Shown: positions 51,722 through 61,046 of the stretch, in pieces
Layout: the number at the start of each line of letters is the position of its first letter
How positions within the stretch are numbered: the stretch's first letter is position 1
NCBI GenBank assembly: GCA_937929825.1
Contig: CALFUV010000008.1
Location: forward strand, 11,838-75,837
Source: an uncultured Patescibacteria group bacterium
GTDB taxonomy: Bacteria; Patescibacteriota; Patescibacteriia; Veblenbacterales; UBA10138
DNA: 64,000 nt
Direction: 5' to 3'
Position numbers and translations under genes: made by a program
Notes under the pieces: generated by a model
What the model was told of the DNA's origin: nothing
Seen by the model: the letters and a program-made list of their open reading frames with translations, nothing else
Database searches by the model: none

Positions 51722-53191
51722 ATGGAGCTTATAAAGAAAAACCAAATATCAAAATTTCCTCAAGGACATGTTCTTATTTTAGTGTTGGTTTTTTCTTCAA
51801 TGGCTGGTTTTATACTTATCAGTTTAGCTAATTTAGCCTTACTTAATATTAAGGCTGGGCAACAGACTATTAAAAGAGAGCAGGCTTTTCATTTAGCTGA
51901 GGCTGGTGTGGAATATTATCGTTGGCATTTGGCTCATGCACCACACGATTATCAGGATGGTACTGGAAATCCGGGGCCATATATTCATGATTTTTTTGAT
52001 AAGAATGGAAATAAGATAGGAATTTTCACTTTAGAAATAAATCCCCCTCCAATTGGCTCTACACTTGTTACTATTACATCAACAGGTAAAATAATTTCAG
52101 GTTTAGGTATCTCACAGAGAAAAATTACCACCAGTTTAGCTAAGCCATCTATTGTTAGGTTTGCGGTGGTGGCTAATGATAATATTCGTTTTGGGGAAGG
52201 CACCCAGATCTTTGGTCCCATTCATTCAAATAATGGTATTAGGTTTGATGGTTTAGCCCATAATATCGTTTCTAGTTCGGTGGCAAGTTATGATGATCCA
52301 GATCATTCAGGAGATAATGAGTTTGGTGTGCATACGCATGTTTTTCCAATAGATCCCTTACCACCATCACCCGTGCCCAATAGGCCAGATGTGTTTATTT
52401 CTGGACGTCAGTTCCCAGTTCCAGCAGTTGATTTTTATGGTATTACTGCTGATCTTTCTCAGATTAAGACCAAAGCTCAAGCTGATGGATTTTATCGTCC
52501 TTCTTCTGGTGCGTTAGGTTATCATATAGTTTTAAAAACTAATGATACTTTTGATCTTTATCGTGTAACTAATTTTATTAATCCTCCTTCAGGTTGTGAT
52601 AATATTCAAAATCAGAACGGATGGGGAACTTGGAGTATTAATAATCAACATTTAATAGGTAATTTTCGATTTCCCAATAATGGTTTGATATTTTTGGAAG
52701 ATGATATTTTTGTCAATGGGCAGATAAATAATGCTCGTCTTACTATTGTAGCCGCTTTTTTTCCAGATAATCCTCCTTTACGGAAAAATATCATAATTAA
52801 TAATGATTTGTTTTACACTAACTATGACGGCCGAGATGCTTTAGGGTTAATATCTCAGGGTAACATTCATATAGGATTAGTTAGTGATAATGATTTACGG
52901 ATTGATGCCGCCCTTATTGCTCAGAATGGGCGAGTGGGTAGGTTTTATTACCGTCCCCCAAGTGGTGGTTTAAATAGGTGTTCACCATACCATAATCGTC
53001 AAGCAGTTACTCTTTGGGGCATGATTGCTACTAATAAACGTTATGGTTTTGCTTATACAGATGGCACTGGTTATCAAAATAGATTCATAAATTATGATGC
53101 TAATTTACTTTATTCCCCCCCACCTTATTTTCCAACAACCTCAGATCAATATACCCAAGTTTCTTGGGAAGAAGTTTCTTGGGAAGAATAG
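51722..53191 (+). CDS. PilX-like minor pilin
   Basis: QG|HVLIL, AFHLAEAGVEYYRW, GPIHSN, PPPYFP; ends VSWEEVSWEE. Confidence 0.82.
   Translation: MELIKKNQISKFPQGHVLILVLVFSSMAGFILISLANLALLNIKAGQQTIKREQAFHLAEAGVEYYRWHLAHAPHDYQDGTGNPGPYIHDFFDKNGNKIGIFTLEINPPPIGSTLVTITSTGKIISGLGISQRKITTSLAKPSIVRFAVVANDNIRFGEGTQIFGPIHSNNGIRFDGLAHNIVSSSVASYDDPDHSGDNEFGVHTHVFPIDPLPPSPVPNRPDVFISGRQFPVPAVDFYGITADLSQIKTKAQADGFYRPSSGALGYHIVLKTNDTFDLYRVTNFINPPSGCDNIQNQNGWGTWSINNQHLIGNFRFPNNGLIFLEDDIFVNGQINNARLTIVAAFFPDNPPLRKNIIINNDLFYTNYDGRDALGLISQGNIHIGLVSDNDLRIDAALIAQNGRVGRFYYRPPSGGLNRCSPYHNRQAVTLWGMIATNKRYGFAYTDGTGYQNRFINYDANLLYSPPPYFPTTSDQYTQVSWEEVSWEE
53157..53188 (+). repeat. 15-bp tandem duplication at the end of the PilX-like gene
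   Basis: AAGTTTCTTGGGAAG x2. Confidence 0.9.
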
Positions 53192-53330
53192 GTATTAAGT
53201 ATATAAATATATCCTAAATCTGAGTTATATTATTAACTGATATGCTTTACCCTTTTGGTTAGCTCCATTCTTTGATCGCTTCCGCTCTCGTAAGTTATTG
53301 AATAAGTAAAAAGCAATAGTTAAAAGTTTT

Positions 53331-53364
53331 AAAAGAACCCCCTTTTTTGCGGGGTTCTTTTTTT
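53331..53364 (+). terminator. Intrinsic terminator
   Basis: AAAAGAACCCC / GGGGTTCTTTT followed by a T-tract. Confidence 0.75.
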
Positions 53365-53483
53365 AAATATTCCATAGATATATTAAATAAATTATTTAAC
53401 TAGCACCTGCTTGCCAGAAATATAATTAAGATATAAGATAGGGCCACTAATAAAATATACAAAAATAAATAAAAAGGATAAAA

Positions 53484-54083
53484 ATGAACTTAGTCATTCT
53501 TATAATTCTCACTTACCTTTTAGGTTCCTTACCTTTTGGTTATTGGATAGCCAAATTAAAAGGTATTGATATAACTACTGTGGGAAGCGGTAATATAGGC
53601 ACTACTAATGTTTGGCGTATCTTAGGTGCTAAATGGGGAGTAGTAACTTTTCTGGGTGATACCATCAAAGGATTTTTAGCCGTTACTTTGGTTAATATAT
53701 TTTTTTTAGATCCTTTGATAGGTTACTATATTTTAGCAGGCAGTTTGGCAATAATAGGACATTATAAATCCATTTTCTTGAAGTTTAAGGGGGGTAAGGC
53801 AGTGGCAACTTCTCTTGGTGTAATATTTGGTCTATTGCCTTTTTGGTTTGCTTTTATTCTTCTTGGAGTTTTTGGTTTTATTTTGTTGGTATCAAAACAA
53901 GTATCTTTAGGCTCCATTGCCGCAGCTGTAGCAGCTGTTATTGCTAAAATATTGTTTTTAGGCGGGTTTAATGAACAGCAGTACGGTACCACTTTATTTA
54001 TTATTTGTGTGGCAGCATTGATAATAATAGCCCACAAGGAAAATATCACCAGGATATTAAAAGGAACTGAGAGAAGAATATAA
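53484..54083 (+). CDS. plsY: Glycerol-3-phosphate acyltransferase PlsY
   Basis: YLLGSLPFG, GSGNIGTTN, GH...FKGGKAVAT, HKENI.R...GTE; promoter TTGCCA-17-TAAGAT; hairpin at 54088-54116. Confidence 0.94.
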   Translation: MNLVILIILTYLLGSLPFGYWIAKLKGIDITTVGSGNIGTTNVWRILGAKWGVVTFLGDTIKGFLAVTLVNIFFLDPLIGYYILAGSLAIIGHYKSIFLKFKGGKAVATSLGVIFGLLPFWFAFILLGVFGFILLVSKQVSLGSIAAAVAAVIAKILFLGGFNEQQYGTTLFIICVAALIIIAHKENITRILKGTERRI

Positions 54084-54163
54084 TTTCAGCCCTTTGCCAT
54101 CATATGGCTAAGGGCTTATTTTAAATTTAACTATTTATTTGGGAGGGTCTATAATTTATTAGT

Positions 54164-55471
54164 ATGCAGCCATTAAAAATTTTAGCAGATAATTTTGTTA
54201 ACCCTCATAGTAATAACCATAAAACAGCTTGGTATGCTTGGAGTGGCGCGGCTTTAGCTTTGCTAGCATTAGCTAGTGGACTTTATTTTTTTTATTCTTT
54301 AACAGAACAGAAATCAGAGTCAAAAAAAATTTATTATAACCCCAATTTAAGAATTATCTTGGCCTATCCAACTACTTGGCTACCGGTGCCAATACTACAG
54401 GATAATGATGGTTTACCCCGTCGTTTTGAGGGTAAGAGCGGCTGGTTTGAGGTAAGCGCTACTTCAGGCGAGGGGGTTATTTTAACAGAAATAGCTTCCA
54501 GTCTTAATCAAGTTTATGATTTGCCTTTTGGTGCTAATCCACAAATAAATACTGTTAAAATAGCCGGTCAGCCCGGTGCAATGATTGTACCTACTGAAGA
54601 TGGCATAAACCAAGCGGCGGCCGTGATTACCTACCCTGAGCCGGTATTAGTAGGTTTAACAAGTTATCGTTTTTTTATAATAAGATTTGATAAAAATCAT
54701 GCTGTTAATATTTTGAATTCATTGAAATTTATAAGTGATGATGCGATAGAAACAGAAAATTTACCTAATATAATGGTTTATAGTCCGCCACGATTGGCTA
54801 TAATTAATAGTCCTTTTGAGGTAGCTGGCGTTGCCCGCACTACTGATAATGTGCTTAGTCTTAGGATTTTAAATAGTAAAAAACAAGTTATTTGGACAGG
54901 GTCAACAGCAGTTAGTTCTGCAAAAAATGGAAGTTGGGGAGCTTTTAATGCACTGGTTAATTTAAGCGGAGCAGAAATAATCTCCGGTGAAATTATTGAA
55001 CTTCAGGTTTATTACAATCCAGCTTCTGAAACAAGAGAAATGGATAAAGTGGTTATACCCTTGCAGTTAAGGGAAATAAAAGCTATGCAGGTAGTTGAGG
55101 TTTATTTTGGTTCTGTAAAAGCGCCATCTGGTGAAGAGTGTAATTCTGTTTATGCGATTGAGCGTTATGTATCGGAAACAGAATCTTTAGCCCAAGCGGC
55201 AATAATTGAATTACTAAAAGGGCCTAACTTACAAGAAAGGCAAAATGGTTATTTTACCAGCTTGCCACCGGGTGTGGTATTAAATAAGCTGGTAATTGAA
55301 AACGGTTTAGCTAGTATTGATTTTAATGAAAATTTGGAAAGAGGAGTGGGCGGATCATGCCGTGTGCTGTCTATACGTAAGCAAATAGAAAAAACCTTAC
55401 AACAGTTTCCTTCAGTGAAGGATGTGAAAATTTCTATTAATGGTCGAACGGAAGATATTTTGCAACCATAA
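54164..55471 (+). CDS. Membrane-anchored protein with Ig-like (Gmad2-like) and C-terminal GerMN domains
   Basis: SPFEVAGVAR; AAIIELLKGP...ASIDF...GGSCRV...IEKTLQQFPSV. Confidence 0.85.
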   Translation: MQPLKILADNFVNPHSNNHKTAWYAWSGAALALLALASGLYFFYSLTEQKSESKKIYYNPNLRIILAYPTTWLPVPILQDNDGLPRRFEGKSGWFEVSATSGEGVILTEIASSLNQVYDLPFGANPQINTVKIAGQPGAMIVPTEDGINQAAAVITYPEPVLVGLTSYRFFIIRFDKNHAVNILNSLKFISDDAIETENLPNIMVYSPPRLAIINSPFEVAGVARTTDNVLSLRILNSKKQVIWTGSTAVSSAKNGSWGAFNALVNLSGAEIISGEIIELQVYYNPASETREMDKVVIPLQLREIKAMQVVEVYFGSVKAPSGEECNSVYAIERYVSETESLAQAAIIELLKGPNLQERQNGYFTSLPPGVVLNKLVIENGLASIDFNENLERGVGGSCRVLSIRKQIEKTLQQFPSVKDVKISINGRTEDILQP

Positions 55472-55478
55472 AACTTAA

Positions 55479-55646
55479 TGTTACTTTTCTAGGAAAAGTA
55501 ACACAAAAGTCGCCGCACAGGTCTGCGGCTCTACAGTACTTGCCAGTTTCATTGTCTGGCGCTATGCACAGTCGGCCATAAACACGCGCCAGACGGCTGT
55601 TCGCCTGGTTTGCGTTCTGTAACAAGCCTCCGACATGGCGGCAAAA
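55479..55646 (+). ncRNA. Structured element copy B (candidate ncRNA or folded non-autonomous repeat)
   Basis: Same architecture and conserved loop sequences as 36726-36892. Confidence 0.65.
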
Positions 55647-55665
55647 TAATGCTAGAAAATATTTT

Positions 55666-56610
55666 TCACTGCCACTTATACATCTCATCAGCCCAGAGAC
55701 GGAGAGCATTCATGGCATGTTCTGATTCGGCCCGGGTAGGGGATGTAAGTACAGCGGCACAAAGACGACGACCAGAAGGTGTAATTATACCAGCTGCCAA
55801 ATGATATTTGGTTTCGTGTAAATAGCCTGTTTTGGCGCCAAAATAACGATTTGGATTATTTCTGACATCATAAACCGTGTGTAATACTGTTTTTCTTACC
55901 CCACCTTTGGTGGTGAAACTAACAGAAGGCGAGGATCCGTAAAATGAAGAAATAAAATTATGATAATACAAAGCACAGGCAGCATGAGCCATATCAGCGG
56001 CAGAGGAGGTATTGGCTAATGATAAGCCGGAAGGTTCATCTATCTTGGTTCGTGTTAAGCCCCAATCGGCTGCGGTAGTGCGCATAGCTTCAATAAATTC
56101 TGTACGCTCTAAACCAACACCTCTGCCTATACTTACAGCGGCATTATTTGCTGAACCTATGAGCATACTGGCAAAAGCTTGTTCAAGAGTTATCTGGTCT
56201 CCATTCTCAAGTTTTAATAGGGAAAAACTATCTTTGGGGCCAACGTAAGGGCGTAATAAATTTTCATTGTCATTAAGGGTAAAATTTAAGGGTGTATACC
56301 AATTTGGTTCATACTTAAGCAGAGTGCCGGCTGTTATCATTTTTATCAAACTGGCAGTAGGCATAACCGTATTTTCTTGATGGAAATAAAGTGGATAGCC
56401 AGTTGAGGCATCAAATAGGGCAGCAGCACGATAAGGTAAGGTTTTTAAATTATATTTTTTTAAATACCACCGGGTAAAATCTTCATAGTTAGCAACAGCT
56501 TGCGGATAAATTATTTCAGCTTGTGTTGCTGGAGTAATAATTACCAAAGTAAAACTTATAGTAGTGACAAATAAGACTATTATTAATATTAAATAATTAT
56601 TTTTACGCAT
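55666..56610 (-). CDS. D-alanyl-D-alanine carboxypeptidase/endopeptidase (peptidase S11)
   Basis: ASLIK (SxxK), SAN (SxN), KTG. Confidence 0.9.
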   Translation of the reverse strand: MRKNNYLILIIVLFVTTISFTLVIITPATQAEIIYPQAVANYEDFTRWYLKKYNLKTLPYRAAALFDASTGYPLYFHQENTVMPTASLIKMITAGTLLKYEPNWYTPLNFTLNDNENLLRPYVGPKDSFSLLKLENGDQITLEQAFASMLIGSANNAAVSIGRGVGLERTEFIEAMRTTAADWGLTRTKIDEPSGLSLANTSSAADMAHAACALYYHNFISSFYGSSPSVSFTTKGGVRKTVLHTVYDVRNNPNRYFGAKTGYLHETKYHLAAGIITPSGRRLCAAVLTSPTRAESEHAMNALRLWADEMYKWQ

Positions 56611-56749
56611 ACATTTTATTATAGCATAGCTTTTTTGAATTTAAGCAAAAAATTGGCAAAAACATCTAAATAAGGTATAATATATAAGTAATTTTACAAT
56701 TAGTAGAGATTATTTTAGATAAATAATCTCAAAACGTTAAAATAAGACT

Positions 56750-57151
56750 ATGAGTCTAAAAATTCCATTTTATCAGGATGCCGGTTTATTAATGATAAGA
56801 CTTGGTTTGGGAATAGTTTTTATAGCTCATGGTTGGAGTAAGTGGCAGTCTTTAGTAGAAACAAACCTATTTTTTTCTAATCTTGCTTTGCCAGTTTGGA
56901 CTGTATATTTAGTTATATTTTTTGAATTAATTGGTGGGTTGGCAGTAGTGTTTGGTTGGTTAGCCAGATTTTTTAGTTTTGGTTTGGTAATCATAATGAT
57001 AGTTGCCATAGCTAAAGTAAAATTGACAAGCGGATTTATTGGTGGTTATGAATTTGATTTTGTTTTAATGCTTATGGCTCTAAGTATTGTTTTAGCTGGC
57101 TCTGGTAGGTATAAAATGCGGCTGGCGAATTGGGGAAATAATTCTTATTAG
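56750..57151 (+). CDS. DoxX-family membrane protein
   Basis: IRLGLG..FIAHG..K, ELIGG, GGYEF, GSGRY. Confidence 0.88.
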   Translation: MSLKIPFYQDAGLLMIRLGLGIVFIAHGWSKWQSLVETNLFFSNLALPVWTVYLVIFFELIGGLAVVFGWLARFFSFGLVIIMIVAIAKVKLTSGFIGGYEFDFVLMLMALSIVLAGSGRYKMRLANWGNNSY

Positions 57152-57152
57152 A

Positions 57153-58151
57153 ATGTCTGAGCACAAAACCAATATACAGAATATTTTTGATACTATTATA
57201 ATTGGCGGCGGAGCTGCTGGTTTGTCAGCCGCCATTTATGCTGAAAGATATTTAATGAAGACTTTAGTACTGGAAGGCAGGGAGCCGGGCGGAGAAACCG
57301 CTACTGCTTGGATAATTGAAAATTACCCCGGCATCCCCAGTATTGATGGTTATGATTTAATTAAAGCTATGAAAGCTCAAGCTGAAGGTCCGTTAACTAC
57401 TTTTGTGTCTGATTATGCTAGTGAAGTATTATTGCAGGATCATTGTTTTACAGTTAAATCGGAATCCGGTCAAGATTTTTGGGGTAAAACTATAATATTT
57501 GCTCATGGTTCTCGTCGTCGGCGTCTAGGATTGCCTAATGAAAAAAGATTATTAGGTCATGGGGTTTCTTATTGCATAACCTGTGATGCGCCTCTTTATA
57601 AAGATAAGGTTGTAGCTATTGTGGGCGGAGGAGATGCTTCGGTTAAAGGAGCTTGTTTAGCCTCTCAATATTCTGCCAAAATATATTTCATTACCAGAGA
57701 AAAAAATATTAAGGCTGAGCCAGCTAATATGGAAATATTTAATAAAAAGAATAATATTGAAATTATTTATGAAACAGAAGTTAAAGAATTATTAGGCAAA
57801 GAATATTTAAGCGGCATTGTTTTAAATCGTTCTTATAAGGGTAGCGAAAAACTAGAAGTACAGGGTATTTTTATTGAAATTGGATCTGAACCTAATTCCT
57901 CTTTACCTAAAAGTTTGGGAGTAAAAGTTGATGAAAGTGGTTATATAGAAGTTGATGCCATGATGCGAACCAGTGTTCATGGTGTTTATGCCGCCGGCGA
58001 CATTACCAATGCTACAGGAAGTTTTAAGCAGGATATCGTGGCTGCAGCCCAAGGCGCTATTGCGGCCACTTCAGCTTATCGGGATTTAGGTTTACACGGC
58101 AATCAGGCTTGTTTACATCATGCCATTATACCTAAATATTTTAAGTCATGA
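57153..58151 (+). CDS. trxB: Thioredoxin reductase
   Basis: GGGAAG, IENYPG, GVSYCITCD, VGGGD, YAAGD. Confidence 0.92.
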   Translation: MSEHKTNIQNIFDTIIIGGGAAGLSAAIYAERYLMKTLVLEGREPGGETATAWIIENYPGIPSIDGYDLIKAMKAQAEGPLTTFVSDYASEVLLQDHCFTVKSESGQDFWGKTIIFAHGSRRRRLGLPNEKRLLGHGVSYCITCDAPLYKDKVVAIVGGGDASVKGACLASQYSAKIYFITREKNIKAEPANMEIFNKKNNIEIIYETEVKELLGKEYLSGIVLNRSYKGSEKLEVQGIFIEIGSEPNSSLPKSLGVKVDESGYIEVDAMMRTSVHGVYAAGDITNATGSFKQDIVAAAQGAIAATSAYRDLGLHGNQACLHHAIIPKYFKS

Positions 58152-59617
58152 GTAATTTAAATATTATTCATATTGCCAGCGAAGTATATCCTTATAGTAA
58201 ATCGGGTGGTTTAGCTGATGTAGCCAGATCACTGCCGCGGGCATTAGCCGGTTTTGGTCATCAAGTAGCAGTTATTACTCCTTATTACAGTTCGTTGGAT
58301 AATTCCGGTAAAGATTTGGAACTTTTAGATAAAAAACTAAACATAATTTTGCCCGATAGTAGTCAAGTAGGAGCTCGTTTATGGCGCGGATGGTTGCGGC
58401 ATGATTTACCAGTTTATCTTATTGAGCAAGCCGAATATTTTGGCGCTCATCGTCCAATGTATGGTGATCCTAATGATAACCGGCGTTTTTTTGTTTTTAA
58501 TTTAGCCGCACTGGAAGCTATAAAGTTACTAGGGTACAAACCAGATATAATCCATTGTCATGATTGGCAAACAGGATTAATTCCTCATTTATTGCACATT
58601 GAGCAGAATAAGCAAACAGAAACCTTTAAAAAAGCGCATACTGTTTTTACTATCCATAATTTAACTTTTCAGTTTGGCCATAATTGGTGGGAGGTACCTG
58701 ATGATTTAAGGGATAGTGGTCGTAATAGTTTACCGGAGTGGTGGGATGAGGAGGCCTGGGAAAGAGTTAATTTTGCCAAACGCGCCATTATGCAATCTGA
58801 TTTTATAACCACCGTTTCTGAGCAATATGCCGAGGAAATAATGACTAAAGATTTTGGCCAGGATTTAAACAGAATTTTATTTAAACGTAAAAATAAGTTA
58901 GCCGGTGTGATAAATGGTCTTGATTATCGCGATTATAACCCGGCAACTGATCCGGGATTATACGTGAACTACGATTTAACATCTTTAGACCGGAAGTATG
59001 AAAATAAAAAATATTTACAAAGATCATTTGGTTTACCAGAACGCGCTCGCGTGCCGGTAATAGGAATGGTTTCCCGACTTACAGAGCAGAAAGGCTTTGA
59101 TCTTTTACTGGAAATAATAGAGCCGTTATTAAGACTGGATTTGCAGCTTATTATTATGGGCGGAGGTGATAGTTATTATGCTAAGATTTTGAATAGGATT
59201 GCTCATAAGTATAAGTCCAAAATGGCTGTTCATTTGGAATTTGATGCAGAAAGAGCTACCCAGGTTTATGCCGGCAGTGATATGTTCTTAATGCCTTCTC
59301 GTTTTGAACCTTGTGGTTTAGGGCAGATGATAAGTTTAAGATATGGATCTATTCCCATAGTTCATGCTACAGGTGGATTGGCTGATACCATTCAGGATTA
59401 TAATCCACGTTCGCATAAAGGCAATGGTTTTGTTTTTCGTACCTATGATTCACGTGATTTACTGGTAGCCATTACACGTGCAGTGGTAAGTTTTCGTTAT
59501 GAAAAAGATTGGCGCAAATTAGTGGAACAGGGTATGCACCAGTCTTTTTCTTGGCAGGTGCCGGCTAGTAAATACTTATTAATTTATCGCAAAATTATTC
59601 GTTCAACTGTATCTTAA
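58148..59617 (+). CDS. glgA: Glycogen synthase (GT5), copy 1
   Basis: KSGGLADV, HCHDWQ, FTIHN, SRLTEQKG, MPSRFEPCGL. Confidence 0.93.
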   Translation: MSNLNIIHIASEVYPYSKSGGLADVARSLPRALAGFGHQVAVITPYYSSLDNSGKDLELLDKKLNIILPDSSQVGARLWRGWLRHDLPVYLIEQAEYFGAHRPMYGDPNDNRRFFVFNLAALEAIKLLGYKPDIIHCHDWQTGLIPHLLHIEQNKQTETFKKAHTVFTIHNLTFQFGHNWWEVPDDLRDSGRNSLPEWWDEEAWERVNFAKRAIMQSDFITTVSEQYAEEIMTKDFGQDLNRILFKRKNKLAGVINGLDYRDYNPATDPGLYVNYDLTSLDRKYENKKYLQRSFGLPERARVPVIGMVSRLTEQKGFDLLLEIIEPLLRLDLQLIIMGGGDSYYAKILNRIAHKYKSKMAVHLEFDAERATQVYAGSDMFLMPSRFEPCGLGQMISLRYGSIPIVHATGGLADTIQDYNPRSHKGNGFVFRTYDSRDLLVAITRAVVSFRYEKDWRKLVEQGMHQSFSWQVPASKYLLIYRKIIRSTVS

Positions 59618-59626
59618 ATAAATATT

Positions 59627-61039
59627 ATGACCAAATTAATTTGGGCTAATTTTCTGCATATTTATCAACCACCAACCCAAAAACCATATTGGATTAAGCG
59701 GGTGGCAGAAGAATCCTATCGTAAGATAACTAAAGGTTTATTAATGGCTCCTCAAGCCCAAATAACCATGAATATCAACGGGGTATTATTGGAACTTTTA
59801 GAATCTCATGGCTATGTTGATATTATTCATGATTTGCGGGAGTTACTAATACGTGGGCAACTGGAGCTTACTGGTTCTGCCAAATATCACGCACTTTTGC
59901 CCTTTTTACCACCCTCAGAAGTAGAAAGACAAATTAGGTTAAACGAAGAAACTTTGCAAAGATTTTTTGGCAACGATTGGGTTAAGAAAGGTTTTTTCCC
60001 CCCGGAAATGGCTTTTTCATCTGAATTAGCCAGTATAATTGCCGGGCTTGGTTATAAATGGGTGATAGTTGATGAATTATCTTTTCCAAAAGATCGGGGC
60101 AGGGTTGATTATTCTCAAGTGTACGATGTTGCTGGGTTGTCTGATTTTTCTATTTTCTTTCGTGAACGCCGTATGAGTTGGGTAATACTTTCCGGGCAGA
60201 TTGGCACCGGCAAGTTGCTTATTAAAAGTTTAGGTGACAGGCTTTATCATAAGGAATATTTATTAACCGCCATGGATGGTGAAACTTTTGGTCATCATCG
60301 TCCTGGTTTGGAACAATTATTATTTGAAATTTATAATGAGTCTGAGTTACCAACCGCTAAAGTATCTGAATTGTTATTGATTTTTCCACATCAGCAAGTA
60401 AACCCCCGCTCTTCAACTTGGGCTTTGATGGAAAAAGATTTAGAACAAAAGAAACCTTTTTCTCGTTGGTATGATGAGGATAACGATATTCATAAAATGC
60501 AGTGGCAATTAACTAATTTAGCTTTGTCGACTGTAGCCGGCGCACCGGCTGATGACCCCGGTTATACCCGAGCTCGTGAATCATTGGATAGGGCGCTGCA
60601 TTCTGATCAGTACTGGTGGGCATCTGCTAGGCCGTGGTGGAGTATAGAAATGATTGAACGTGGTGCCAAAGAATTATATGATACCGTGTTAGCCACGCCG
60701 GGAGTTAGTGAAAAGACAAAAGAAGATGCTAAGCATTTGTATCATACTATTGTTTTTACAGCTTTTGACTGGCAACGTTCGGGTTTGGTAGATGAGTTAT
60801 CGCGGCGTGAAGACGAGGATATCAGACAGCGGGTAGATGTTGGTTTGCCGCAGTTACCACGTTCAGAGGTTGATAAGATGGTTAAACGTTTAAGTCAGGA
60901 AATGAAAATGATGTCTGCACAGCAGGAGTATGAGCGAGCTGCACAAATTAGAGATCGTATTGCTGAACTACAAAGGTACGCGGCTGATGTTAGCGTACCA
61001 CAAGCCTCACCGGAAGGGGATTCAGAGTGGAATCAATAA
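59627..61039 (+). CDS. Glycoside hydrolase family 57 protein with C-terminal UVR motif
   Basis: LHIYQP, YHALLP, FFPPEMAF, AMDGETFGHH, SDQYWW; C-terminal EYERAAQIRDRI. Confidence 0.88.
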   Translation: MTKLIWANFLHIYQPPTQKPYWIKRVAEESYRKITKGLLMAPQAQITMNINGVLLELLESHGYVDIIHDLRELLIRGQLELTGSAKYHALLPFLPPSEVERQIRLNEETLQRFFGNDWVKKGFFPPEMAFSSELASIIAGLGYKWVIVDELSFPKDRGRVDYSQVYDVAGLSDFSIFFRERRMSWVILSGQIGTGKLLIKSLGDRLYHKEYLLTAMDGETFGHHRPGLEQLLFEIYNESELPTAKVSELLLIFPHQQVNPRSSTWALMEKDLEQKKPFSRWYDEDNDIHKMQWQLTNLALSTVAGAPADDPGYTRARESLDRALHSDQYWWASARPWWSIEMIERGAKELYDTVLATPGVSEKTKEDAKHLYHTIVFTAFDWQRSGLVDELSRREDEDIRQRVDVGLPQLPRSEVDKMVKRLSQEMKMMSAQQEYERAAQIRDRIAELQRYAADVSVPQASPEGDSEWNQ

Positions 61040-61046
61040 AAATACT

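Noticed and set aside
55437-55804. ORFs 55437-55709 (-) and 55610-55804 (+)
   Set aside because: They overlap real genes and element B and have no recognisable protein features.
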